A stretch of DNA of 24,000 bases from Candidatus Izemoplasmatales bacterium (GCA_028691315.1 JAQUZN010000001.1:121238-145237), one strand, 5' to 3'. Numbered from the stretch's first letter, positions 1-9,211 are shown. Program-made: numbers and translations. The notes: a model not told the origin generated them from the sequence alone.

Positions 1-841
1 TACGAATATAGTAAGGTCTTCCTTCTACTTGATAAATATAATCAATTCTTTGCTCAATAAATTCTCTATTTTTCCCATAAGAGGTTACTTCCATATACTT
101 AGGATCTTCATCCTCATCATTAAATAAAGGAACTCCTAATACTTGAGGACCAAGTACATAGATACCATCTACCGTAATGGCATCTATTGTTCCATCAACT
201 AATATCCCACGATAACGATAACTATTAGAAAGTTTCTCGTTAGTGATCGAACCGTTTGCATAAGACTCCGATGTCCATCCACCCTGTGGGGCTTTTACCA
301 AACTTACGGCAGTTTGACCAGTAATAGCTTCTAATACATCTTCACCCAAATTATCTAAATGAATACGAGAAGCATCAGAAGACTTATCTAGATCATTGCT
401 TGTAATGGGAGTATCTTTCTCTCTCTTAGTCGCTAATGAACCTTCAATGTTTTCTTTATCTTGTTGAGTGAACATATTATCTCTAATATCATCAAGCTCT
501 ACATTCACATCATCTTTTTTGGCATAATTCTCTTTTATATGAACAACCAAAAGATTGGTCTCTCCAAGCTGTTGTATAATCTCCGCTTGACCATTCTCAA
601 TCAACTCTACTATTTTTTCAGAAGAATACACTTTAGTATCTGATGGTTGATCATCATCAGAGATAAAATTTCTTCTCAAATCCGCTAAACTTATTGTGCT
701 TGTATTCGGAGTATTCAAACCTTGCACAATAAATAATGCGTCATCTCCTATTTCTGTCACTTGGTCTAATTCATTGATATAGACATCATGACTTTCTGTT
801 TCTATTCCAGCAGTTGTATTTATAGGATCATATTCTGCCAT
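1..841 (-). CDS. tail-fibre-like structural protein, N-terminal 280 aa only (C-terminus lies beyond the window edge)
   Basis: Absent from the supplied track because it runs off the window. ATG at 841-839 follows AAGGAGA with a 7-nt spacer. My hand translation (MAEYDPINTTAGIETESHDVYINELDQ...) stays open to position 1. It contains DDQPSDTKVYSSEKIVELI, the same D-x-DT-x3-SSxKI block as the 954-aa fibre protein (DDNTIKDTASWSSRKIRTEL). Confidence 0.6.
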   Translation of the reverse strand, partial: MAEYDPINTTAGIETESHDVYINELDQVTEIGDDALFIVQGLNTPNTSTISLADLRRNFISDDDQPSDTKVYSSEKIVELIENGQAEIIQQLGETNLLVVHIKENYAKKDDVNVELDDIRDNMFTQQDKENIEGSLATKREKDTPITSNDLDKSSDASRIHLDNLGEDVLEAITGQTAVSLVKAPQGGWTSESYANGSITNEKLSNSYRYRGILVDGTIDAITVDGIYVLGPQVLGVPLFNDEDEDPKYMEVTSYGKNREFIEQRIDYIYQVEGRPYYIR

Positions 842-870
842 TTCAAGTCTCCTTTCAAGGATAATCTATT

Positions 871-882
871 TATTAGGATGTT
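871..882 (-). promoter_or_regulatory. AACA-N6-TA element (AACATCCTAATA), candidate phage-RNAP promoter for the 841 gene
   Basis: The reverse complement of 871-882 is AACATCCTAATA. It starts 41 nt upstream of the ATG at 841 and just downstream of the preceding terminator. The same pattern sits at a similar offset before several other genes (see finding). Confidence 0.4.
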
Positions 883-900
883 TAACTGGGTGAAATAGAG

Positions 901-940
901 ATAAAAAATAAACCACTAGAGGGTATAAATCCTCTAGTGG
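901..940 (-). terminator. rho-independent terminator after the 960-2543 gene
   Basis: Perfect 10-bp stem CCACTAGAGG (913-922) / CCTCTAGTGG (931-940) with an 8-nt loop. On the minus strand it is followed by TTTATTTTTTAT. Confidence 0.7.
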
Positions 941-959
941 TCAATGGGGGAAATTTATA

Positions 960-2543
960 TTAAATCAACAAAGCATATAACAAGATTTCTTCCATAATAA
1001 TATCCGATACTTTATTACAGTCGATCATTCTCCCATCAATCTTTGAATCTTCATAAGAGATGATCTGGAAATCAGATGTTAAAATGGTTGCTATTGTGCT
1101 TTGAAGATATTCTATAATCTTATCATTTTTGTATTTTTCTCGAACCTTAGGCAAGTTCTTAGAACTTTCCAATTTCTCTAATTCTTTTTTATTTACATTT
1201 TTCTTTGATTGAAGTCGAATAATTTTACCACTTACGATATATGGTAAGATAATCATATTACTTGCTCGTAACATTCGAGAAGACGCAATGATTAATTTCA
1301 CATAATCAAGTTTACCAATCGAATTAATCGATTTCGAATCTCCAAAATATTTAAAGAAAATATTAAATACCAATTCTTTTTGAAATGGCATAATAACACT
1401 TCCATTTAATTCTTCACTTAATCTACTAATATAAAAATTAATCTCTTTCTCATCAAATGGTCCATAGATCATTTCTATATTCTTCATCGCATATTCACAT
1501 GCCACTTTATTCTGAATATATAATGCTGGATTCTGCTTAATCGTAAATGATTCATACTTATCAAACCCTGATACATGGTCCGCATCCCTTTCAGCACTTG
1601 ATAAAGGTATGTAATCATATTCATAAGCAATACCACTTACTTGATAATAATTATGCTGTTTAATCGAAGCATAGTTAAATGATATGATATTCTTTTTGAA
1701 TGTATATTTTGGCATAATATTTAAAATGATATTTGAAACACTTTCGATACTATGTGTGGTTACATTCTTACCACGAATTTCTTGAAAACTCCAGAGAGCT
1801 TCATTGATCTTTGAATTCTTGTGGATGTTTGTATTTGATGTCTGGTATAGTTTATTATAAATATTAATCGTCGGATCAAGATTTAGAATAATATCAAATA
1901 CAGTCATTAAAAATTCATTAGCGTCATCAATCCCTTTTACATAGATGAAATGAGTTGCTAATGGAATACACATATTCATCAACATCGACATCCATAACAT
2001 TGTCTTTGCGTGTTTGTCTTTATATACGAGGGATTGATTCTTATCATTTTTATATTTCGTTTGATCTAATGTCAAATCATAATTATCTTCAATCATAACC
2101 AATGCTAATAATGCTAATCGTGAATGAAAGATATATCTGGTTAAATCATATCGAAATACTTCATGATTATAATCAGGTTCAAAATCAATCATAAATTTAA
2201 TATTAAATAGAACCATCAATAATTCTTTATCTGTATCATAGAACTTCTCAAAGTAATTTAGATATAATGGGATATGAACTCTCATATCTTTTCCATTATA
2301 ACATCTCTTAGTAGACAAGATAAAGTTATCAAAATCCTTATCCTGAATATTAAACATCTTTGAGAATTCTACATTTAATGTATTCTTTGTGGTTCTAAAT
2401 ATTGTATCTTCTGTTGGCGGTTCCCAATCATCAACCGGAGGTGGAGTTATCATAATAGGTTTAATTGGTCCGATTAAACTTTTAGACTCATGTAAACTAC
2501 ACTGCTCCAATGGATTCTCAATAAATCTAATAGGTCTGCTCAT
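960..2543 (-). CDS. hypothetical protein (527 aa from the preferred start; track ORF extends to 2582)
   Basis: Long ORF from the track. The ATG at 2582 has no SD. The in-frame ATG at 2543 (MSRPIRF...) is preceded by GGGAAGGAAG with about 8 nt spacing. No family recognised. Confidence 0.75.
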   Translation of the reverse strand: MSRPIRFIENPLEQCSLHESKSLIGPIKPIMITPPPVDDWEPPTEDTIFRTTKNTLNVEFSKMFNIQDKDFDNFILSTKRCYNGKDMRVHIPLYLNYFEKFYDTDKELLMVLFNIKFMIDFEPDYNHEVFRYDLTRYIFHSRLALLALVMIEDNYDLTLDQTKYKNDKNQSLVYKDKHAKTMLWMSMLMNMCIPLATHFIYVKGIDDANEFLMTVFDIILNLDPTINIYNKLYQTSNTNIHKNSKINEALWSFQEIRGKNVTTHSIESVSNIILNIMPKYTFKKNIISFNYASIKQHNYYQVSGIAYEYDYIPLSSAERDADHVSGFDKYESFTIKQNPALYIQNKVACEYAMKNIEMIYGPFDEKEINFYISRLSEELNGSVIMPFQKELVFNIFFKYFGDSKSINSIGKLDYVKLIIASSRMLRASNMIILPYIVSGKIIRLQSKKNVNKKELEKLESSKNLPKVREKYKNDKIIEYLQSTIATILTSDFQIISYEDSKIDGRMIDCNKVSDIIMEEILLYALLI

Positions 2544-2575
2544 GTAAACTTCTTCCTTCCCATTTATTATTTCCG

Positions 2576-2587
2576 AACTCATATGTA
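2576..2587 (-). promoter_or_regulatory. near-consensus TACA-N6-TT element 44 nt upstream of ATG 2543
   Basis: The minus strand reads TACATATGAGTT. Its offset resembles the other AACA-N6-TA hits. It would place the transcription start downstream of the 2582 ATG, which supports 2543 as the start. Confidence 0.25.
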
Positions 2588-2620
2588 TAATATATAACCA
2601 ATTTACAGTTATATAATATA
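2586..2620 (-). promoter_or_regulatory. two copies of TATATTATA (minus strand, 2594-2586 and 2620-2612)
   Basis: The exact 9-mer occurs twice between the upstream terminator and the 2543 start. The same 9-mer also occurs at 8234-8242 (+) and 15700-15692 (-). Confidence 0.3.
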
Positions 2621-2650
2621 CTGGTTACTAGTGAGTTCAGTGGTTAATAA

Positions 2651-2697
2651 ATTCATAAAAATATAGCTGTAGGATTTCAACGTTCCTACAGCTATAT
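2651..2697 (-). terminator. rho-independent terminator after the 2703-3116 gene
   Basis: 14-bp stem ATATAGCTGTAGGA (2661-2674) / TCCTACAGCTATAT (2684-2697). On the minus strand it is followed by TTTTATGAAT. Confidence 0.7.
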
Positions 2698-2702
2698 ATG
2701 TA

Positions 2703-3116
2703 TTAAAGTTCGTCTTCCAACAAGAACCAAAGAGCAACCTCATAATCAAATGGGATCTCCCATCCTTTTAGGGTTTCAGCATCTACACAGAAAAGAGTGA
2801 CTTCGTGTTCGATTTCAGAAATTTCTTTCAATTCATCACGATACGCTTTTACTTGATCTCTGTCTTCTGTGTTGATCTGCCAATAATTTCTACCGTCTTC
2901 AGTCTGTTTCGCTTCTCCATATTTTTGGATCAAATCCTGTTTAGCTTCTGAATACTCTGCGTTTTCTCCTCTGAGAATACGAAGATTACGTCCAAGCATA
3001 TAACCAAATTTCGGGTTATATCTCTGTCCAGAATTTCCTACTGCCTGAATAATAGCAGCAATAGACTCCGCCGCATCATTAATATCCGCATTTGACATTA
3101 CAATTTTTTTATCCAT
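2703..3116 (-). CDS. hypothetical protein, 137 aa; possible fibre accessory protein by position only
   Basis: The track ORF begins at a TTG (3122). The ATG at 3116 is preceded by AAAGGAGA with a 6-nt spacer and overlaps the stop of the upstream fibre gene by 8 nt (ATGGATAA), which suggests translational coupling. Confidence 0.7.
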   Translation of the reverse strand: MDKKIVMSNADINDAAESIAAIIQAVGNSGQRYNPKFGYMLGRNLRILRGENAEYSEAKQDLIQKYGEAKQTEDGRNYWQINTEDRDQVKAYRDELKEISEIEHEVTLFCVDAETLKGWEIPFDYEVALWFLLEDEL

Positions 3117-5268
3117 TCTCAATCTCCTTTAGCTTATTCTTTATACTATTTAGTTCTTTGAGTATTAATTTAATAGCCAGGAAGTTGATAGGATTCAATT
3201 CTTCATACCCAAGGGATAAGAAATGTTCAATTACTCTTTCATTTGGATTTGAAGGGTCTTTGATAATCTCTTCATAAGTTTGAATGATACTGAGATTTTC
3301 TACATTCATACCTAATGATTCAAGTTTATCTTTTATCTTATTAGCAGAGAATCCAAAGTGCGTTAATGGAACTTTACGATCATCATCTCTGTATTCATAT
3401 GCAATAGGCTCTATGGTTTCATAGAAATCATATAATGATTGATTTGATAATTGATTAATTAGAGGAACAATATTATTTTTCTTTCTCTCATCAGAAGTGA
3501 ATTGGTTAGTTCCAGAAGAATTCAATACAGGTTTATTAAATTTAGTTGGCAGATTTACTCTAAAATCTTCTTGATCGGTATCAGCAGACTGACCTATTGA
3601 TAATCCTTTCCCACTAGCTCCAAATTCAACAAAATAACCAGAGGCAGAAACAATCATTTCTCGATAAACTGCGGTTCCATCATTTACTTCTACTCTAATA
3701 GTATAAGCATGTGTTTCATCCAATCCGGTTAAGATTAAATTCTCTTGCCAATGAGCATTTACTGAAGATGGCGGAAATGGAAGCACATTTTCAGCCGGAT
3801 ATGATGTTTCATTTACTTTCTTCCATTGAATTTTAGAAGTCATAGAATCACCTTCAAAATTATCAAGCTCCATTGCAGAAGAATAAGCTTTAAACCATAA
3901 TCTTATATTTAATCCTTCATCATTTGCAACAAATCCATCCGCAGTAGTTCCAATTCCTCTAGTAACAGACATACCATCAATAACCGGAGGCATCGTGGCT
4001 TCTCTTACATTGATGACGACTTCCTTCATAACAGTGATTCCGCGACTATCAGCCAATTCAACGCGAACGACATTTGGACCTATACTATTCACAGCAATAG
4101 TAGCAGTAAAATTATGGTTATATTCTGCTTGATCGCTAGGTTGTGCAGTTGGGGTATATGTAAAAGTTTTTGTTCTGGTAGATATGCTATATTTAATAGT
4201 GGTAACTGTAGCTCCATATCGTTTACTTGCATTGACTCTTACTTGCATGAATGGTTTTGATTTTCCAAGTTCATACCCAGGAACTACTTCTATTGGGTCA
4301 GTTGCTGCTTGTCCTCTACCAGATGAATCATCAACACTAATCGATGTAAGTTTAAATCCAATATTCGGATCATCTTTTGGGACTTTTATTGTTCCTTTAT
4401 AAGTGTATCTTCCTAATAATTCCCCTTTTGTTCCATCGGCTTTACTTATGAATGTTGCAATCGCATAATAGCATGATATGACACTTGTTTTCGTTACATC
4501 ATTAAGTATACTAAGCGGTGGAGTCCAGGGGAGTGATGTTCCTAAATAATCTTGAGTTGCAAGAATACTAGTCTCTGTACCGTCATCTTTTGTATAATAT
4601 AAAGCGATATCACATTTTGTACCAGTAGACCTTGTTAAATTAAATCTTTGTTGTTGACCAATTGTGAGATTTGGTGTTTCTAATGTCATGGTGGTAGCAA
4701 CTGGTTTTGGACCAATATCAGGAACCTGCACTTCTAGTTGACAATTGATGCTGCTACAAGTATTCGTATTATTTTTACCAGTAACCGTAATAATATCGGT
4801 ATAAACACCTGTTAGATTATAATAGGTTAAATCCCATTCATGATACACTGTTCTTTGCCATTTATTGCTTGTTACAAAGTTCTGTGAGTAGTTCTTTTCC
4901 GCTTTTGATCTTGTAGATTTCAATTTAAGCGTTAAAGCGTTATTTGATGCAACCCCATCAGTTCTTCTAAAATAAACCGCACAAGTAATTCGAACTTTTC
5001 GATTTTCTTTACTCGGTGTTTTACATTTCACAACAACCATGATCTGATAACCTTTGCTTGTACCTTGATTCGATACACCATTTCCAAATGTATAACCATC
5101 TGTGTAGGCATAATAATCATTTGGTACAATCGCAGATGTATAAGGTGTTGTGCTTAATTTTACATTTGCAAGATTATTTGCTATTGTAGTTTCATTCGTT
5201 CCATTCATAATAATGGAAGGATATTTTGTATTATCAGATGTAATCCAATATAATCTTGAATTAGCCAT
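3109..5268 (-). CDS. tail fibre/spike protein with C-terminal intramolecular-chaperone (peptidase S74-type) self-cleaving domain
   Basis: AGGAGG lies 6 nt before the ATG at 5268. The last 128 aa start with the S74 hallmark T/SDERKKNNIVPL (Ser codon 3493-3495), followed by a helical region, as in endosialidase and T5 pb1-type fibre chaperone domains. Confidence 0.8.
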   Translation of the reverse strand: MANSRLYWITSDNTKYPSIIMNGTNETTIANNLANVKLSTTPYTSAIVPNDYYAYTDGYTFGNGVSNQGTSKGYQIMVVVKCKTPSKENRKVRITCAVYFRRTDGVASNNALTLKLKSTRSKAEKNYSQNFVTSNKWQRTVYHEWDLTYYNLTGVYTDIITVTGKNNTNTCSSINCQLEVQVPDIGPKPVATTMTLETPNLTIGQQQRFNLTRSTGTKCDIALYYTKDDGTETSILATQDYLGTSLPWTPPLSILNDVTKTSVISCYYAIATFISKADGTKGELLGRYTYKGTIKVPKDDPNIGFKLTSISVDDSSGRGQAATDPIEVVPGYELGKSKPFMQVRVNASKRYGATVTTIKYSISTRTKTFTYTPTAQPSDQAEYNHNFTATIAVNSIGPNVVRVELADSRGITVMKEVVINVREATMPPVIDGMSVTRGIGTTADGFVANDEGLNIRLWFKAYSSAMELDNFEGDSMTSKIQWKKVNETSYPAENVLPFPPSSVNAHWQENLILTGLDETHAYTIRVEVNDGTAVYREMIVSASGYFVEFGASGKGLSIGQSADTDQEDFRVNLPTKFNKPVLNSSGTNQFTSDERKKNNIVPLINQLSNQSLYDFYETIEPIAYEYRDDDRKVPLTHFGFSANKIKDKLESLGMNVENLSIIQTYEEIIKDPSNPNERVIEHFLSLGYEELNPINFLAIKLILKELNSIKNKLKEIENG

Positions 5269-5278
5269 TTCTTACCTC

Positions 5279-8143
5279 CTAAACTTGTCCAGTTTTCTTA
5301 ATGGACAGATTTCCATTTTCTCTTGCAAAGAACTTAAAGTTTCCGAGAGTAACAGCGTTTGTTTGCACTTCTTCTACTTCTAATCGATTCTGTTTAAATG
5401 TCGCTAAAGTTCCAGTTTCATTACTAAAACTAATGTTTGCATCTTCTGTATCATCTCCACTAAAGATTCTTAGTTTAACTGGACTAGCATTATTTCCCAA
5501 TAAGATAGCACCGTTATAAAGATTAATATATTGGAATAAATCACTGATCTCAATATCCATTGGATTACCTTCGCTATCTAATCCTTTAATAATAGTACGA
5601 TTTCTCCATTCTGTGCTAAGACCATCAATAGAAGCTTGCACTGATACAATCTTCTCATCAACTTCTGACATAATTTTTGATAAAGAATCATTCTCTGCAA
5701 TCATGCCTTTCACATCTTCTTCTGTAAGAATCTTTGGTTGTTCTGTTTGGAACACAGCAGCCATTGCATCCTCAAAAATTTCAAATCGCATAGAAGTTGC
5801 TTCGATATAATCCCTCATAGAGTTATCATTTTCAAATTCATTAACCGTAAGATCTTCAGGTGCTGGTTGCCAATCTCGAATTTTAACCAAACTATTATAA
5901 AGACCCATATTAATCAGATTGAAAGTATCACCTTCTTGGAAATCTGTTGATTTAAATCCAATATACTTATATTCAATATTATCAAGTTGATCATAGACAA
6001 TATCATACATTCTTGTTGTCAGAGCAATATTCATGGATGCTATTCTTTTAACATGAGATAGATCTTCTGTCATTAAATATACATTAACAACCAAGGGATC
6101 ATTAGTGCTAGTCGAACCAAATGCTCTAAAACAGAATGAATATCGTCCCATAGCTGGAACTTCACTTAATGGAAGTCTAATGTATTGATTTTCTTCTGTT
6201 TGCTCTTCTTGCAACTCACCCTTTTTAAATTGTAGATAAGTGACTCTTTTAGCAACATCATCTACAGTCATTGCTTCTAAATTTTCTGGTAAGATTGTCA
6301 TCGTCCATGGAATCTCACCAAGTTCCCATAACATTGGTTTATTTACTTGATAATCACCACTGGTAAGAATCATGTTTCGAATACCGAAGGTATGATTAAA
6401 ATTGATGACATCGACATCATTAACACGAAGAGTCTCAGCATTGATTTCTACACGATCGGTATTGGCTTCTACTTTAAAGTTTCTTGAGTCAATTCCACCA
6501 CTAGGACTTAATACCAAATTATTAGATAGATTAATACCACTTTTTCCAATATAAACACTTGTATATCCATCATTTGGATCTTCCCAATAGATTTCATTCT
6601 CTCCGATATTCCAAGGACCAATTCTACCACCTTCAGTAGCAATCAAATAACCTTCGGTTGTTATTTGTACTGCACCATTGATCGATGTCATACCATTCAA
6701 TTTAATATTATCGCCAGTAAGAACAATATCTCTAGATATCAAACTTGCAAAGTTTTCTGTTAGCTCAAAGGACGTCTCATCAGTACCTGAGACTAACCAA
6801 GAAAATCTCTCAGCTGTTTGTGCAGCACTGCTGGAGATCTGTAGGGCATTGTTAGCTTCTTGACTAATAGCCGTTAAAGTACGCACGGTTTCATCCGCAG
6901 ACTCTCTATATTCATTATAAAAGTCAGAAATATATTTCTTTTCACCATCTATTGTTTCATAGTAAGTCGATCTTCGTAACTGCTCTAAACCATGCATAGT
7001 TTCATAACTAGTCTTAACAGCTTCTACGGCTATAATTTGATCTCCACTCACTTCATCTTCTAAATTTGTAATCGCTTGCCAACCCAAAGGGGAACCAGTC
7101 CATTTAGAATAAATATCTGTGGATGGCATATACCAAATATCCCCTATTCGTGGATCATTTGGTACTGTTTCTGATACAATCACATTTTTCCTATTTTGAA
7201 GAGTAATAGAATTACGATAAGTCGCAAGGTTATATCTCATTTCACAAGTGATCGTAGTAGATAAAGCAATACTAGATATAGGTAATGATAATGTATATCC
7301 ACTTGCATTTTGAACCCAGATACCATTCACATACCATCTAAAGGTTGCATCCTCATCCGTCAATTTATTTGAACCTTCATACGCAATAGCTTCTAGTGTA
7401 ATGGTAGATACAGTACGATTATCAAAGATAGTTCCTTCTGGAGAGAATATATTGAATGAGATTGACGTGTTAGTAGGTTCAAATATCATATTACTTAATG
7501 TAATGCTACCAGTAGCACTAATCGCAGCCCCTTCAGTATCCGTTCCATTATAAGCACAATAAAAAGTAGCATTTACAGTATCATTCATTTCATTAGCAGA
7601 TACCGTAACATTTTTGCCAGTATAATGCTTACCATTCCAAAATGTATCATAATCAGCATTCTTTGATTTTCTAGTCCATACCAAATCAGTAGCTTTTGCT
7701 GTAGAGGTAATGTCTTCACCTGTTTTTAATATTCTTGCCGTTAAGGTTTTAACATCACTTGGAGAAGCAAAAATAAAACCCTCTCCACTCATTACTTCAC
7801 AAGTATAATGAGCGTTTGCCGCTAACTTATCAAGCTCTGTTCTTATTTTCCTACTACTCCAAGAGGCTGTATCTTTAATAGTATTATCATCAATATCCGA
7901 AAATTTAGGAAATATAATATTTAATTTTTTCGATTTACTATCTTCATCTATTTCAATACTAGCATCCGGTGTAGCAGAGTCTCCTACTATCAGATCCCCT
8001 ATTTCTAATGACATGCTATTCTTCTCTATGCCATCTTCCATATGGTCTAATCGTTTCTTTGTAATTACAGAATCATCTTGTAATCTAGAAGGTAATGTTT
8101 TATCATAAGTCTTCCAGTTTTGTTTTGTATAATCATAAGACAT
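5279..8143 (-). CDS. large tail fibre / receptor-binding-like structural protein (954 aa)
   Basis: The N-terminus YTKQNWKTYDKTLPSRLQDDSVITKKRLDHMEDGIEKN has the TW...(I/V)T...LNxhExGI pattern typical of Firmicute phage fibre N-termini. It carries the TASWSSRKI block shared with the 1-841 ORF. Its TAG stop overlaps the SD of the next fibre gene. Confidence 0.7.
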   Translation of the reverse strand: MSYDYTKQNWKTYDKTLPSRLQDDSVITKKRLDHMEDGIEKNSMSLEIGDLIVGDSATPDASIEIDEDSKSKKLNIIFPKFSDIDDNTIKDTASWSSRKIRTELDKLAANAHYTCEVMSGEGFIFASPSDVKTLTARILKTGEDITSTAKATDLVWTRKSKNADYDTFWNGKHYTGKNVTVSANEMNDTVNATFYCAYNGTDTEGAAISATGSITLSNMIFEPTNTSISFNIFSPEGTIFDNRTVSTITLEAIAYEGSNKLTDEDATFRWYVNGIWVQNASGYTLSLPISSIALSTTITCEMRYNLATYRNSITLQNRKNVIVSETVPNDPRIGDIWYMPSTDIYSKWTGSPLGWQAITNLEDEVSGDQIIAVEAVKTSYETMHGLEQLRRSTYYETIDGEKKYISDFYNEYRESADETVRTLTAISQEANNALQISSSAAQTAERFSWLVSGTDETSFELTENFASLISRDIVLTGDNIKLNGMTSINGAVQITTEGYLIATEGGRIGPWNIGENEIYWEDPNDGYTSVYIGKSGINLSNNLVLSPSGGIDSRNFKVEANTDRVEINAETLRVNDVDVINFNHTFGIRNMILTSGDYQVNKPMLWELGEIPWTMTILPENLEAMTVDDVAKRVTYLQFKKGELQEEQTEENQYIRLPLSEVPAMGRYSFCFRAFGSTSTNDPLVVNVYLMTEDLSHVKRIASMNIALTTRMYDIVYDQLDNIEYKYIGFKSTDFQEGDTFNLINMGLYNSLVKIRDWQPAPEDLTVNEFENDNSMRDYIEATSMRFEIFEDAMAAVFQTEQPKILTEEDVKGMIAENDSLSKIMSEVDEKIVSVQASIDGLSTEWRNRTIIKGLDSEGNPMDIEISDLFQYINLYNGAILLGNNASPVKLRIFSGDDTEDANISFSNETGTLATFKQNRLEVEEVQTNAVTLGNFKFFARENGNLSIKKTGQV

Positions 8144-8174
8144 AAAAGAAAGATCTCCTTTCCATCTTTTTATT

Positions 8175-8186
8175 TAATATACTGTT
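8175..8186 (-). promoter_or_regulatory. AACA-N6-TA element (AACAGTATATTA), candidate promoter of the fibre operon
   Basis: The reverse complement of 8175-8186 is AACAGTATATTA, starting 43 nt upstream of the ATG at 8143. Confidence 0.4.
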
Positions 8187-8233
8187 CAAGATAGGCAGGA
8201 TGTGGCAATTGTAATTAAATGATCGCTCAATCA

Positions 8234-8242
8234 TATATTATA
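8234..8242 (+). promoter_or_regulatory. TATATTATA element upstream of the Spo0A-like gene
   Basis: Exact 9-mer 42-50 nt upstream of the ATG at 8284. A near AACA-N6-TA element (GACAATTGTATA, 8248-8259) follows it. Confidence 0.3.
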
Positions 8243-8283
8243 AATTTGACAATTGTATAATACCAAAGAAAGGAAATGAACTT

Positions 8284-9168
8284 ATGAAAAAAGTGAATAT
8301 TATCACACCATCAAATGAAAAACTGCCATCAAATTTTGTGACTGCATGTAATCAATTACAGGAGGAATACAAATCTACTGAAGTAAAATTTAAAGCTTAT
8401 GTTTTGAAGAATCAAGATGTAGATGCTACTCAGACATTAAAAGATATTGCTAATGCAGATGTCATGATAATTGTTTCATCTATGTATTTTGGTGTAAGTA
8501 TTAATATGATATGCTCTATGATAAAAGATGTAAACCCATCTTTACATATCATCGTATGTGAATTATCAGAGAATGGAATGCCAAAGAATTTTACCGACAA
8601 GTTAATGGAAGTCCCAGTTGATTGTATACTTAGTAATCCAAAAGATATCAATATTATCAAGTATATTATCAACTATGGAATCAAAAAGAATAATGAGTCG
8701 ACCGATCAATTGTTGATACCATCAGAAAGACAAATTAACAAAGAATCATCCGTTAAAGAAACGGAAATAAAAACCGTAACAGAGATGACGGATGATGAGA
8801 TCAAGAAATTAATTTCTCAGATATTTAGAGAAATTGGTTGTAGTGTAAATCTTATTGGATTTGCCTATGCTGTTGATTCCATATTTTATCTTGTGAGGTA
8901 TGGGCATGACAATAAAATTGTAACTACAGTGTATGGGTATGCAGCAAAAGAAGCAACAAACAAAGGTAGGGAAACAACAGCCAATAGAGTAGAACGAGCA
9001 ATTCGTCATATGATTGAGAATCTTTTTAATAATGGGAAATCAAACTTCGTGTTATCGAATAAGTTCAACCCAGACAAAGGAAAACCAACCAATACGGAAT
9101 TCTTGAAGTATATTGCTGATAGTATTATCAATGGCTGGTATCAAGAAATATTAGATGAAAATAAATAA
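8284..9168 (+). CDS. Spo0A-like transcription factor: Spo0A C-terminal DNA-binding domain fused to a degenerate (pseudo)receiver domain
   Basis: The C-terminal ~115 aa align block-for-block with remembered B. subtilis Spo0A-C: ISQIFREIGCSVNLIGFAY vs ITSIIHEIGVPAHIKGYLY; ANRVERAIRHMIENLF vs ASRVERAIRHAIEVAW; KGKPTNTEFLKYIADSI vs KAKPTNSEFIAMVADKL. The N-terminal ~130 aa have a receiver-like beta/alpha periodicity but lack the acidic pocket and the phospho-acceptor Asp. Confidence 0.85.
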   Translation: MKKVNIITPSNEKLPSNFVTACNQLQEEYKSTEVKFKAYVLKNQDVDATQTLKDIANADVMIIVSSMYFGVSINMICSMIKDVNPSLHIIVCELSENGMPKNFTDKLMEVPVDCILSNPKDINIIKYIINYGIKKNNESTDQLLIPSERQINKESSVKETEIKTVTEMTDDEIKKLISQIFREIGCSVNLIGFAYAVDSIFYLVRYGHDNKIVTTVYGYAAKEATNKGRETTANRVERAIRHMIENLFNNGKSNFVLSNKFNPDKGKPTNTEFLKYIADSIINGWYQEILDENK

Positions 9169-9170
9169 AA

Positions 9171-9210
9171 GAAAAGACCCTAGTGAAGAATATTTCACTA
9201 GGGTTATTTT
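9171..9210. terminator. bidirectional terminator between convergent genes
   Basis: 11-bp stem ACCCTAGTGAA (9177-9187) / TTCACTAGGGT (9194-9204) with a 6-nt loop. It is flanked by an A-run upstream and TATTTTATT downstream, so a T-tract is present on both strands. Confidence 0.7.
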
Positions 9211-9211
9211 A

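Noticed and set aside
461-643. 60-aa plus-strand track ORF
   Set aside because: It lies entirely antisense to the well-supported minus-strand fibre-like ORF (1-841), has no SD, and has a low-complexity Ile/Leu/Phe-rich composition typical of AT-rich antisense frames.
3092-6863. Seven short plus-strand track ORFs (3092-3277, 4184-4402, 5150-5383, 5301-5519, 5613-5810, 5738-5950, 6678-6863)
   Set aside because: All are embedded antisense in the two long tail-fibre genes. None has a ribosome-binding site or a recognisable motif, so they are treated as shadow ORFs.
8246-8261. Perfect sigma-A hexamers TTGACA and TATAAT upstream of the Spo0A-like gene
   Set aside because: The two hexamers are only 4 nt apart (TTGACAATTGTATAAT) instead of about 17 nt, so they cannot act together as a canonical -35/-10 pair. 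TATAAT alone also lacks a correctly spaced TGn. The segment fits better as a near AACA-N6-TA element.
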